Assembly (NCBI GenBank): GCA_040954595.2
Contig: CM082591.2
Location: forward strand, 7,492,047 to 7,556,046
Length of the DNA stretch: 64,000 nt
Direction: 5' to 3'
From: Balanoglossus misakiensis
Lineage: Eukaryota; Animalia; Hemichordata
Of the stretch, positions 36,149-51,100 are shown in pieces (the first letter of the stretch is position 1; each line of letters starts with the position of its first letter). Made by a program: the position numbers and the translations under genes. Below the pieces are notes generated by a model, which did no database searches, was not told where the DNA came from, and saw only the letters and a program-made list of their open reading frames with translations.

Positions 36149-39100
36149 GGCCCAACCCCTTGGGTGTAATTTGGGGCGGCGTCTATGTAGTGGGCCTGAT
36201 GCCTTCCGCAGAGAAGTTGCTACATTTGTAGGGCTTCCACCATCTTACAGCGTTACTGGAGCAGTCGCTCACTCAAAACTCACTGTAATTCAGTTCTTTC
36301 GTCGTTACATCGGCAAAAATATGTCCGATCGCTCAGATACAGAACTCTCGCCGCAGTCTAACAGGCGAACATTCGAAGAACTGCAAGCCAGACAGGCCGA
36401 ACTACTAAAGGTAACGCAACTATTGCTGCAGAACCGAGAACGGCGTATTGCGAATTCGGCGATTGGAGTCTCCACATTGCTATCGTCCTTCGAACAATCT
36501 ACTCTCCCGAATGGCCGTCGGCCATAATTTGTCACCAGGCGATTTTCATAGCTCTTGGCCACCGTCCAACGCTAACTTTCGGGCTACCTGGTCCCTTACA
36601 CCAGGGCATCTCCGGCCATACAGCCATATCATCAGAATATCCTGTACACTGCTATTACAAAGAAGATTTTCATCGTGCTTGGTCACCGTCCAACGCTAAC
36701 ATTCCGGCTACCTGGTCCCTTACACCAAAGCATCTCCGGCCATACAGCCATATCATCAGAATATCCTGTACACATCTATTACAAAGAAGATTTTCATCGC
36801 GCTTGGCCACCGTCCAACGCTAACTTTCGGGCTACCTGGTCCCTTACACCAGGGCATCTCCGGCCATACAGCCATATCATCAGAATATCCTGTACACTGC
36901 TATTACAAAGAAGATTTTCATCGCGCTTGGTCACCGTCCAACGCTAACTTTCGGGCTACCTGGTCCCTTACACCAGTGCATCTCCGGCCATACAGCCATA
37001 TCATCAGAATATCCTGTACACTGCTATTACAAAGAAGATTTTCATCGCGCTTGGTCACCGTCCAATGCTAACATTCGGGCTACCTGGTCCCTTACACCAG
37101 TGCATCTCCGGCCATACAGCCATATCATCAGAATATCCTGTACACTGCTATTACAAAGAAGATTTTCATCGCGCTTGGTCACCGTCCAACGCTAACATTC
37201 GGGCTACGTGGTCCCTTACACCAGTGCATCTCCGGCCATACAGCCATATCATCAGAATATCCTGTACACTGCTATTACAAAAAAGATTTTCATCGTGCTT
37301 GGTCACCGTCCAACGCTAACTTTCGGGCTACCTGGTCCCTTACACCAGGGCATCTCCGGCCATACAGCCATATCATCAGAATATCCTGTACACTGCTATT
37401 ACAAAGAAGATTTTCATCGCGCTTGGCCACCGTCCAACGCTAACTTTCGGGCTACCTGGTCCCTTACACCAGGGCATCTCCGGCCATACAGCCATATCAT
37501 CAGAATATCCTGTACACTGCTATTACAAAGAAGATTTTCATCACGCTTGGTCACCGTCCAACGCTAACTTTCGGGCTACCTGGTCCCTTACACCAGTGCA
37601 TCTCCGGCCATACAGCCATATCATCAGAATATCCTGTACACTGTTATTACAAAGAAGATTTTCATCGCGCTTGGTCACCGTCCAACGCTAACTTTCGGGC
37701 TACCTGGTCCCTTACACCAGGGCATCTCCGGCCATACAGCCATATCATCAGAATATCCTGTACACTGCTATTACAAAGAAGATTTTCATCGTGCTTGGTC
37801 ACCGTCCAACGCTAACTTTCGGGCTACCTGGTCCCTTACACCAGGGCATCTCCGGCCATACAGCCATATCATCAGAATATCCTGTACACTGCTATTACAA
37901 AGAAGATTTTCATCGTGCTTGGTCACCGTCCAACGCTAACTTTCGGGCTACCTGGTCCCTTACACCAGTGCATCTCCGGCCATACAGCCATATCATCAGA
38001 ATATCCTGTACACTGCTATTACAAAGAAAATTTTCATCGCGCTTGGTCACCGTCCAACGCTAACATTCGGGCTACCTGGTCCCTTACACCAGGGCATTTC
38101 TGGCCATACAGCCATATCATCAGAATATCCTGTACACTGGTATTACAAAGAAGATTTTCATCGCGCTTGGTCACCGTCCAACGCTAACATTCGGGCTACC
38201 TGGTCCCTTACACCAGTGCATCTCCGGCCATACAGCCATATCATCAGAATATCCTGTACACTGCTATTACAAAGAAAATTTTCATCGCGCTTGGTCACCG
38301 TCCAACGCTAACATTCGGGCTACCTGGTCCCTTACACCAGTGCATCTCCGGCCATACAGCCATATCATCAGAATATCCTGTACACTGCTATTACAAAGAA
38401 AATTTTCATCGCGCTTGGTCACCGTCCAACGCTAACATTCGGGCTACCTGGTCCCTTACACCAGTGCATCTCCGGCCATACAGCCATATCATCAGAATAT
38501 CCTGTACACTGCTATTACAAAGAAAATTTTCATCGCGCTTGGTCACCGTCCAACGCTAACATTCGGGCTACCTGGTCCCTTACACCAGGGCATTTCTGGC
38601 CATACAGCCATATCATCAGAATATCCTGTACACTGGTATTACAAAGAAGATTTTCATCGCGCTTGGTCACCGTCCAACGCTAACTTTTGGGCTACCTGGT
38701 CCCTTACACCAGGGCATCTCCGGCCATACAGCCATATCATCAGAATATCCTGTACACTGCTATTACAAAGAAGATTTTCATCGCGCTTGGTCACCGTCCA
38801 ACGCTAACATTCGGGCTACCTGGTCCCTTACACCAGGGCATCTCCGGCCATACAGCCATATCATCAGAATATCCTGTACACTGCTATTACAAAGAAGATT
38901 TTCATCGCGCTTGGCCACCGTCCAACGCTAACATTCGGGCTACCTGGTCCCTTACACCAGTGCATCTCCGGCCATACAGCCATATCATCAGAATATCCTG
39001 TACACTGCTATTACAAAGAACATTTTCATCGCGCTTGGCCACCATCCAACGCTAACTTTCGGGCTACCTGGTCCCTTAAACCAGGGCATCTCCGGCCATA

Positions 39101-42100
39101 CAGCCATATCATCAGAATATCCTGTACACTGTTATTACAAAGAAGATTTTCATCGCGCTTGGTCACCGTCCAACGCTAACTTTCGGGCTACCTGGTCCCT
39201 TACACCAGGACATCTCCGGCCATACAGCCATATCATCAGAATATCCTGTACACTGCTATTACAAAGAAGATTTTCATCGTGCTTGGTCACCGTCCAACGC
39301 TAACTTTCGGGCTACCTGGTCCCTTACACCAGTGCATCTCCGGCCATACAGCCATATCATCAGAATATCCTGTACACTGTTATTACAAAGAAGATTTTCA
39401 TCGCGCTTGGTCACCATCCAACGCTAACTTTCGGGCTACCTGGTCCCTTACACCAGTGCATCTTCGGCCATACAGCCATATCATCAGAATATCCTGTACA
39501 CTGCTATTACAAAGAACATTTTCATCGCGCTTGGTCACCATCCAACGCTAACTTTCGGGCTACCTGGTCCCTTAAACCAGGGCATCTCCGGCCATACAGC
39601 CATATCATCAGAATATCCTGTACACTGTTATTACAAAGAAGATTTTCATCGCGCTTGGTCACCATCCAACGCTAACTTTCGGGCTACCTGGTCCCTTAAA
39701 CCAGGGCATCTCCGGCCATACAGCCATATCATCAGAATATCCTGTACACTGCTATTACAAAGAACATTTTCATCGCGCTTGGCCACCATCCAACGCTAAC
39801 TTTCGGGCTACCTGGTCCCTTACACCAGTGCATCTTCGGCCATACAGCCATATCATCAGAATATCCTGTACACTGTTATTACAAAGAAGATTTTCATCGC
39901 GCTTGGTCACCGTCCAACGCTAACTTTCGGGCTACCTGGTCCCTTAAACCAGGGCATCTCCGGCCATACAGCCATATCATCAGAATATCCTGTACACTGC
40001 TATTACAAAGAAGATTTTCGTCGCGCTTGGTCACCGTCCAACGCTAACTTTTGGGCTACCTGGTCCCTTACACCAGGGCATCTCCGGCCATACAGCCATA
40101 TCATCAGAATATCCTGTACACTGCTATTACAAAGAAGATTTTCGTCGCGCTTGGTCACCGTCCAACGCTAACTTTCGGGCTACCTGGTCCCTTACACCAG
40201 TGCATCTTCGGCCATACAGCCATATCATCAGAATATCCTGTACACTGCTATTACAAAGAACATTTTCATCGCGCTTGGCCACCATCCAACGCTAACTTTC
40301 GGGCTACCTGGTCCCTTACACCAGTGCATCTTCGGCCATACAGCCATATCATCAGAATATCCTGTACACTGCTATTACAAAGAACATTTTCATCGCGCTT
40401 GGTCACCATCCAACGCTAACTTTCGGGCTACCTGGTCCCTTACACCAGTGCATCTTCGGCCATACAGCCATATCATCAGAATATCCTGTACACTGCTATT
40501 ACAAAGAACATTTTCATCGCGCTTGGTCACCATCCAACGCTAACTTTCGGGCTACCTGGTCCCTTACACCAGTGCATCTTCGGCCATACAGCCATATCAT
40601 CAGAATATCCTGTACACTGCTATTACAAAGAACATTTTCATCGCGCTTGGCCACCATCCAACGCTAACTTTCGGGCTACCTGGTCCCTTACACCAGTGCA
40701 TCTTCGGCCATACAGCCATATCATCAGAATATCCTGTACACTGTTATTACAAAGAAGATTTTCATCGCGCTTGGTCACCATCCAACGCTAACTTTCGGGC
40801 TACCTGGTCCCTTACACCAGTGCATCTTCGGCCATACAGCCATATCATCAGAATATCCTGTACACTGCTATTACAAAGAACATTTTCATCGCGCTTGGTC
40901 ACCATCCAACGCTAACTTTCGGGCTACCTGGTCCCTTAAACCAGGGCATCTCCGGCCATACAGCCATATCATCAGAATATCCTGTACACTGTTATTACAA
41001 AGAAGATTTTCATCGCGCTTGGTCACCATCCAACGCTAACTTTCGGGCTACCTGGTCCCTTAAACCAGGGCATCTCCGGCCATACAGCCATATCATCAGA
41101 ATATCCTGTACACTGCTATTACAAAGAACATTTTCATCGCGCTTGGCCACCATCCAACGCTAACTTTCGGGCTACCTGGTCCCTTACACCAGTGCATCTT
41201 CGGCCATACAGCCATATCATCAGAATATCCTGTACACTGTTATTACAAAGAAGATTTTCATCGCGCTTGGTCACCGTCCAACGCTAACTTTCGGGCTACC
41301 TGGTCCCTTAAACCAGGGCATCTCCGGCCATACAGCCATATCATCAGAATATCCTGTACACTGCTATTACAAAGAAGATTTTCGTCGCGCTTGGTCACCG
41401 TCCAACGCTAACTTTTGGGCTACCTGGTCCCTTACACCAGGGCATCTCCGGCCATACAGCCATATCATCAGAATATCCTGTACACTGCTATTACAAAGAT
41501 GATTTTCATCGCGCTTGGTCACCGTCCAACGCTAACTTTCGGGCTACCTGGTCCCTTACACCAGGGCATCTCCGGCCATACAGCCATATCATCAGAATAT
41601 CCTGTACACTTCTATTACAAAGAAGATTTTCGTCGCGCTTGGTCACCGTCCAACGCTAACTTTCGGGCTACCTGGTCCCTTACACCAGGACATCTCCGGC
41701 CATACAGCCATATCATCAGAATATCCTGTACACTGCTATTACAAAGAAGATAATCATCGCACTTGGCCACCGTCCAACGCTAACTTTCAGGCTACCTGGT
41801 CCCTTACACCAGGGCATTTCTGGCCATACAGCCATATCATCAGAATATCCTGTACACTGCTATTACAAAGAAGATTTTCATCGCGCTTGGTCACCGTCTA
41901 ACGCTAACTTTCGGGCTACCTGGTCCCTTACACCAGTGCATCTTCGGCCATACAGCCATATCATCAGAATATCCTGTACACTGCTATTACAAAGAAGATT
42001 TTCATCGTGTTTGGCCACCGTCTAACGCTAACATTCGGGCTACCTGGTCCCTTACACCAGGGCATCTCCGGCCATACAGCCATATCATCAGAATATCCTG

Positions 42101-45100
42101 TACACTGCTATTACAAAGAAGATTTTCATCGTGCTTGGTCACCGTCCAACGCTAACTTTCGGGCTACCTGGTCCCTTACACCAGGACATCTCCGGCCATA
42201 CAGCCATATCATCAGAATATCCTGTACACTGCTATTACAAAGAAGATTTTCATCGCGCTTGGTCACCGTCTAACGCTAACTTTCGGGCTACCTGGTCCCT
42301 TACACCAGTGCATCTTCGGCCATACAGCCATATCATCAGAATATCCTGTACACTGCTATTACAAAGAAGATTTTCATCGTGTTTGGCCACCCTCTAACGC
42401 TAACATTCGGGCTACCTGGTCCCTTACACCAGGGCATCTCCGGCCATACAGCCATATTATCAGAATATCCTGTACACTGCTATTACAAAGAAGATTTTCA
42501 TCGCGCTTGGTCACCGTCCAACGCTAACTTTCGGGCAACCTGGTCCCTTACACCAGGGCATCTCCGGCCATACAGCCATATCATCAGAATATCCTGTACA
42601 CTGCTATTACAAAGAAGATTTTCATCGTGCTTGGTCACCGTCCAACGCTAACTTTCGGGCTACCTGGTCCCTTACACCAGGACATCTCCGGCCATACAGC
42701 CATATCATCAGAATATCCTGTACACTGCTATTACAAAGAAGATTTTCATCGTGTTTGGCCACCGTCTAACGCTAACTTTCGGGCTACCTGGTCCCTTACA
42801 CCAGTGCATCTCCGGCCATACAGCCATATCATCAGAATATCCTGTACACTGCTATTACAAAGAAGATTTTCATCGCGCTTGGTCACCATCCAACGCTAAC
42901 TTTCGGGCTACCTGGTCCCTTACACCAGGGCATCTCCGGCCATACAGCCATATCATCAGAATATCCTGTACACTGCCATTACAAAGAAGATTTTCATCGC
43001 GCTTGGTCACCGTCCAACGCTAACATTCCGGCTACCTGGTCCCTTACACCAGGGCATCTCCGGCCATACAGCCATATCATCAGAATATCCTGTACACTTC
43101 TATTACAAAGAAGATTTTCATCGCGCTTGGTCACCGTCCAACGCTTACATTCGGGCTACCTGGTCCCTTACACCAGTGCATCTCCGGCCATACAGCCATA
43201 TCATCAGAATATCCTGTACACTTCTATTACAAAGAAGATTTTCATCGTGTTTGGCCACCGTCTAACGCTAACTTTCGGGCTACCTGGTCCCTTACACCAG
43301 TGCATCTCCGGCCATACAGCCATATCATCAGAATATCCTGTACACTGCTATTACAAAGAAGATTTTCATCGCGCTTGGTCACCGTCCAACGCTAACATTC
43401 GGGCTACCTGGTCCCTTACACCAGTGCATCTCCGGCCATACAGCCATATCATCAGAATATCCTGTACACTGCCATTACAAAGAAGATTTTCATCGCGCTT
43501 GGTCACCGTCCAACGCTAACATTCCGGCTACCTGGTCCCTTACACCAGGGCATCTCCGGCCATACAGCCATATCATCAGAATATCCTGTACACTTCTATT
43601 ACAAAGAAGATTTTCATCGCGCTTGGTCACCGTCCAACGCTTACATTCGGGCTACCTGGTCCCTTACACCAGTGCATCTCCGGCCATACAGCCATATCAT
43701 CAGAATATCCTGTACACTTCTATTACAAAGAAGATTTTCATCGTGTTTGGCCACCGTCTAACGCTAACTTTCGGGCTACCTGGTCCCTTACACCAGTGCA
43801 TCTCCGGCCATACAGCCATATCATCAGAATATCCTGTACACTGCTATTACAAAGAAGATTTTCATCGCGCTTGGTCACCGTCCAACGCTTACATTCGGGC
43901 TACCTGGTCCCTTACACCAGTGCATCTCCGGCCATACAGCCATATCATCAGAATATCCTGTACACTGCCATTACAAAGAAGATTTTCATCGCGCTTGGTC
44001 ACCATCCAACGCTAACTTTCGGGCTACCTGGTCCCTTACACCAGGGCATCTCCGGCCATACAGCCATATCATCAGAATATCCTGTACACTGCCATTACAA
44101 AGAAGATTTTCATCGCGCTTGGTCACCGTCCAACGCTAACATTCGGGCTACCTGGTCCCTTACACCAGGGCATCTCCGGCCATACAGCCATATCATCAGA
44201 ATATCCTGTACACTGCTATTACAAAGAAGATTTTCATCGCGCTTGGTCACCGTCCAACGCTAACATTCGGGCTACGTGGTCCCTTACACCAGGGCATCTC
44301 CGGCCATACAGCCATATCATCAGAATATCCTGTACACTTCTATTACAAAGAAGATTTTCACCGTGTTTGGCCACCGTCCAACGCTTACATTCGGGCTACC
44401 TGGTCCCTTACACCAGTGCATCTCCGGCCATACAGCCATAACATCAGAATATCCTGTACACTGCTATTACAAAGAAGATTTTCACCGTGTTTGGCCACCG
44501 TCTAACGCTAACTTTCGGGCTACCTGGTCCCTTACACCAGGGCATCTCCGGCCATACAGCCATAACATCAGAATATCCTGTACACTGCTTTAACAAAGAA
44601 GATTTTCATCGTGTTTGGCCACCGTCTAACGCTAACATTCCGGCTACCTGGTCCCTTACACCAGGGCATCTCCAGCCATACAGCCATATTATCAGAATAT
44701 CCTGTACACTGCTATTACAAAGAAGAATTTCATCGCGCTTAGCCACCGTCTAACGCTAACATTCCGGCTACCTGGTCCCTTACACCAGGGCATCTTCGGC
44801 CATACAGCCATATCATCAGAATATCCTGTACACTTCTATTACAAAGAAGATTTTCATCGCGCTTGGTCACCGTCCAACGCTAACATTCGGGCTACGTGGT
44901 CCCTTACACCAGTGCATCTCCGGCCATACAGCCATATCATCAGAATATCCTGTACACTGCTATTACAAAGAAGATTTTAATCGCGCTTGGCCACCGTCCA
45001 ACGCTAACTTTCGGGCTACCTGGTCCCTTACACCAGGGCATCTCCGGCCATACAGCCATATCATCAGAATATCCTGTACACTGCTATTACAAAGAAGATT

Positions 45101-48100
45101 TTCATTGCGCTTGGCCACTGTCCAACGCTAACATTCGGGCTACCTGGTCCCTTACACCAGGGCATCTCCGGCCATACAGCCATATCATCAGAATATCCTG
45201 TACACTGCTATTACAAAGAAGATTTTCATCGCGCTTGGTCACCGTCCAACGCTAACATTCGGGCTACCTGGTCCCTTACACCAGGGCATCTCCGGCCATA
45301 CAGCCATATCATCAGAATATCCTGTACACTGCTATTACAAAGAAGATTTTCATCGCGCTTGGCCACCGTCCAACGCTAACATTCGGGCTACCTGGTCCCT
45401 TACACCAGTGCATCTCCGGCCATACAGCCATATCATCAGAATATCCTGTACACTGCTATTACAAAGAACATTTTCATCGCGCTTGGCCACCATCCAACGC
45501 TAACTTTCGGGCTACCTGGTCCCTTAAACCAGGGCATCTCCGGCCATACAGCCATATCATCAGAATATCCTGTACACTGGTATTACAAAGAAGATTTTCA
45601 TCGCGCTTGGTCACCGTCCAACGCTAACTTTCTGGCTACCTGGTCCCTTACACCAGGGCATCTTCGGCCATACAGCCATATCATCAGAATATCCTGTACA
45701 CTGTTATTACAAAGAAGATTTTCATCGCGCTTGGTCACCGTCCAACGCTAACTTTCGGGCTACCTGGTCCCTTAAACCAGGGCATCTCCGGCCATACAGC
45801 CATATCATCAGAATATCCTGTACACTGCTATTACAAAGAAGATTTTCATCGCGCTTGGTCACCGTCCAACGCTAACTTTTGGGCTACCTGGTCCCTTACA
45901 CCAGGGCATCTCCGGCCATACAGCCATATCATCAGAATATCCTGTACACTGCTATTACAAAGAAGATTTTCATCGCGCTTGGTCACCGTCCAACGCTAAC
46001 TTTTGGGCTACCTGGTCCCTTACACCAGGGCATCTCCGGCCATACAGCCATATCATCAGAATATCCTGTACACTGCTATTACAAAGAAGATTTTCGTCGC
46101 GCTTGGTCACCGTCCAACGCTAACTTTCGGGCTACCTGGTCCCTTACACCAGGACATCTCCGGCCATACAGCCATATCATCAGAATATCCTGTACACTGC
46201 TATTACAAAGAAGATTTTCGTCGCGCTTGGTCACCGTCCAACGCTAACTTTCGGGCTACCTGGTCCCTTACACCAGGACATCTCCGGCCATACAGCCATA
46301 TCATCAGAATATCCTGTACACTGCTATTACAAAGAAGATAATCATCGCACTTGGCCACCGTCCAACGCTAACTTTCAGGCTACCTGGTCCCTTACACCAG
46401 GGCATTTCTGGCCATACAGCCATATCATCAGAATATCCTGTACACTGCTATTACAAAGAAGATAATCATCGCACTTGGCCACCGTCCAACGCTAACTTTC
46501 AGGCTACCTGGTCCCTTACACCAGGGCATTTCTGGCCATACAGCCATATCATCAGAATATCCTGTACACTGCTATTACAAAGAAGATTTTCATCGCGCTT
46601 GGTCACCGTCCAACGCTAACTTTCGGGCTACCTGGTCCCTTAAACCAAGGCATCTCCGGCCATACAGCCATATCATCAGAATATCCTGTACACTGCTATT
46701 ACAAAGAACATTTTCATCGCGCTTGGCCACCATCCAACGCTAACTTTCGGGCTACCTGGTCCCTTAAACCAGGGCATCTCCGGCCATACAGCCATATCAT
46801 CAGAATATCCTGTACACTGCTATTACAAAGAAGATTTTCATCGCGCTTGGTCACCGTCCAACGCTAACTTTCGGGCTACCTGGTCCCTTACACCAGTGCA
46901 TCTTCGGCCATACAGCCATATCATCAGAATATCCTGTACACTGTTATTACAAAGAAGATTTTCATCGCGCTTGGTCACCGTCCAACGCTAACTTTCGGGC
47001 TACCTGGTCCCTTACACCAGGACATCTCCGGCCATACAGCCATATCATCAGAATATCCTGTACACTGCTATTACAAAGAAGATAATCATCGCACTTGGCC
47101 ACCGTCCAACGCTAACTTTCAGGCTACCTGGTCCCTTACACCAGGGCATTTCTGGCCATACAGCCATATCATCAGAATATCCTGTACACTGCTATTACAA
47201 AGAAGATTTTCATCGCGCTTGGTCACCGTCCAACGCTAACTTTCGGGCTACCTGGTCCCTTACACCAGTGCATCTTCGGCCATACAGCCATATCATCAGA
47301 ATATCCTGTACACTGCTATTACAAAGAAGATTTTCATCGCGCTTGGTCACCGTCCAACGCTAACTTTCGGGCTACCTGGTCCCTTACACCAGGACATCTC
47401 CGGCCATACAGCCATATCATCAGAATATCCTGTACACTGCTATTACAAAGAAGATAATCATCGCACTTGGCCACCGTCCAACGCTAACTTTCAGGCTACC
47501 TGGTCCCTTACACCAGGGCATTTCTGGCCATACAGCCATATCATCAGAATATCCTGTACACTGCTATTACAAAGAAGATTTTCATCGCGCTTGGTCACCG
47601 TCCAACGCTAACTTTCGGGCTACCTGGTCCCTTACACCAGTGCATCTTCGGCCATACAGCCATATCATCAGAATATCCTGTACACTGCTATTACAAAGAA
47701 GATTTTCATCGTGCTTGGTCACCGTCCAACGCTAACTTTCGGGCTACCTGGTCCCTTACACCAGTGCATCTCCGGCCATACAGCCATATCATCAGAATAT
47801 CCTGTACACTGCTATTACAAAGAAGATTTTCATCGCGCTTGGTCACCGTCCAACGCTAACTTTTGGGCTACCTGGTCCCTTACACCAGGGCATCTCCGGC
47901 CATACAGCCATATCATCAGAATATCCTGTACACTGCTATTACAAAGAAGATTTTCGTCGCGCTTGGTCACCGTCCAACGCTAACTTTCGGGCTACCTGGT
48001 CCCTTACACCAGGGCATCTCCGGCCATACAGCCATATTATCAGAATATCCTGTACACTGCTATTACAAAGAAGAATTTCATCGCGCTTGGTCACCGTCCA

Positions 48101-51100
48101 ACGCTAACTTTCGGGCTACCTGGTCCCTTACACCGGGGCATCTCCGGCCATACAGCCATATCATCAGAATATCCTGTACACTGCTATTGCAAAGAAGATA
48201 ATCATCGCACTTGGCCACCGTCCAACGCTAACTTTCGGGCTACCTGGTCCCTTACACCAGTGCATCTCCGGCCATACAGCCATATCATCAGAATATCCTG
48301 TACACTGCTATTACAAAGAAAATTTTCATCGCGCTTGGTCACCGTCCAACGCTAACTTTCGGGCTACCTGGTCCCTTACACCAGGGCATCTCCGGCCATA
48401 CAGCCATATCATCAGAATATCCTGTACACTGCCATTACAAAGAAGATTTTCATCGCGCTTGGTCACCGTCCAACGCTAACATTCCGGCTACCTGGTCCCT
48501 TACACCAGGGCATCTCCGGCCATACAGCCATATCATCAGAATATCCTGTACACTTCTATTACAAAGAAGATTTTCATCGCGCTTGGTCACCGTCCAACGC
48601 TAACTTTCGGGCTACGTGGTCCCTTACACCAGTGCATCTCCGGCCATACAGCCATATCATCAGAATATCCTGTACACTGCTATTACAAAGAAGATTTTCA
48701 TCGCGCTTGGTCACCGTCCAACGCTAACTTTCGGGCTACCTGGTCCCTTACACCAGTGCATCTCCGGCCATACAGCCATATCATCAGAATATCCTGTACA
48801 CTTCTATTACAAAGAAGAATTTCATCGCGCTTGGTCACCGTCCAACGCTAACTTTCGGGCTACCTGGTCCCTTACACCAGGGCATCTCCGGCCATACAGC
48901 CATATCATCAGAATATCCTGTACACTGCTATTACAAAGAAGATTTTCATCGCGCTTGGTCACCGTCCAACGCTAACATTCCGGCTACCTGGTCCCTTACA
49001 CCAGGGCATCTCCTGCCATACAGCCATATCATCAGAATATCCTGTACACTGCTATTACAAAGAAGATTTTCATCGCGCTTGGTCACCGTCCAACGCTAAC
49101 ATTCGGGCTACGTGGTCCCTTACACCAGTGCATCTCCGGCCATACAGCCATATCATCAGAATATCCTGTACACTTCTATTACAAAGAAGAATTTCATCGC
49201 GCTTGGTCACCGTCCAACGCTAACTTTCGGGCTACCTGGTCCCTTACACCAGGGCATCTCCGGCCATACAGCCATATCATCAGAATATCCTGTACACTGC
49301 CATTACAAAGAAGATTTTCATCGCGCTTGGTCACCGTCCAACGCTAACATTCCGGCTACCTGGTCCCTTACACCAGGGCATCTCCGGCCATACAGCCATA
49401 TCATCAGAATATCCTGTACACTTCTATTACAAAGAAGATTTTCATCGCGCTTGGTCACCGTCCAACGCTAACATTCGGGCTACGTGGTCCCTTACACCAG
49501 TGCATCTCCGGCCATACAGCCATATCATCAGAATATCCTGTACACTGCTATTACAAAGAAGATTTTCATCGCGCTTGGTCACCGTCCAACGCTAACATTC
49601 GGGCTACGTGGTCCCTTACACCAGTGCATCTCCGGCCATACAGCCATATCATCAGAATATCCTGTACACTTCTATTACAAAGAAGAATTTCATCGCGCTT
49701 GGTCACCGTCCAACGCTAACTTTCGGGCTACCTGGTCCCTTACACCAGTGCATCTTCGGCCATACATCCATATCATCAGAATATCCTGTACACTGCTATT
49801 ACAAAGAAGATTTTCATCGCGCTTGGTCACCGTCCAACGCTAACTTTCGGGCTACCTGGTCCCTTAAACCAAGGCATCTCCGGCCATACAGCCATATCAT
49901 CAGAATATCCTGTACACTGCTATTACAAAGAAGATTTTCATCGCGCTTGGTCACCGTCCAACGCTAACTTTTGGGCTACCTGGTCCCTTACACCAGTGCA
50001 TCTTCGGCCATACAGCCATATCATCAGAATATCCTGTACACTGCTATTACAAAGAAGATTTTCGTCGCGCTTGGTCACCGTCCAACGCTAACTTTCGGGC
50101 TACCTGGTCCCTTACACCAGGGCATCTCCGGCCATACAGCCATATCATCAGAATATCCTGTACACTGCTATTACAAAGAAGATTTTCGTCGCGCTTGGTC
50201 ACCGTCCAACGCTAACTTTTGGGCTACCTGGTCCCTTACACCAGGGCATCTCCGGCCATACAGCCATATTATCAGAATATCCTGTACACTGCTATTACAA
50301 AGATGAATTTCATCGCGCTTGGTCACCGTCCAACGCTAACTTTCGGGCTACCTGGTCCCTTACACCGGGGCATCTCCGGCCATACAGCCATATCATCAGA
50401 ATATCCTGTACACTGCTATTACAAAGAAGATTTTCGTCGCGCTTGGTCACCGTCCAACGCTAACTTTCGGGCTACCTGGTCCCTTACACCAGGGCATCTC
50501 CGGCCATACAGCCATATCATCAGAATATCCTGTACACTGCTATTACAAAGAAGATTTTCGTCGCGCTTGGTCACCGTCCAACGCTAACTTTTGGGCTACC
50601 TGGTCCCTTACACCAGGGCATCTCCGGCCATACAGCCATATTATCAGAATATCCTGTACACTGCTATTACAAAGAAGATTTTCATCGCGCTTGGTCACCG
50701 TCCAACGCTAACATTCCGGCTACCTGGTCCCTTACACCAGGGCATCTCCGGCCATACAGCCATATTATCAGAATATCCTGTACACTGCTATTACAAAGAA
50801 GATTTTCATCGCGCTTGGTCACCGTCCAACGCTAACTTTTGGGCTACCTGGTCCCTTACACCAGGGCATCTCCGGCCATACAGCCATATCATCAGAATAT
50901 CCTGTACACTGCTATTACAAAGAAGATTTTCGTCGCGCTTGGTCACCGTCCAACGCTAACTTTCGGGCTACCTGGTCCCTTACACCAGGGCATCTCCGGC
51001 CATACAGCCATATTATCAGAATATCCTGTACACTGCTATTACAAAGAAGATTTTCATCGCGCTTGGTCACCGTCCAACGCTAACATTCCGGCTACCTGGT

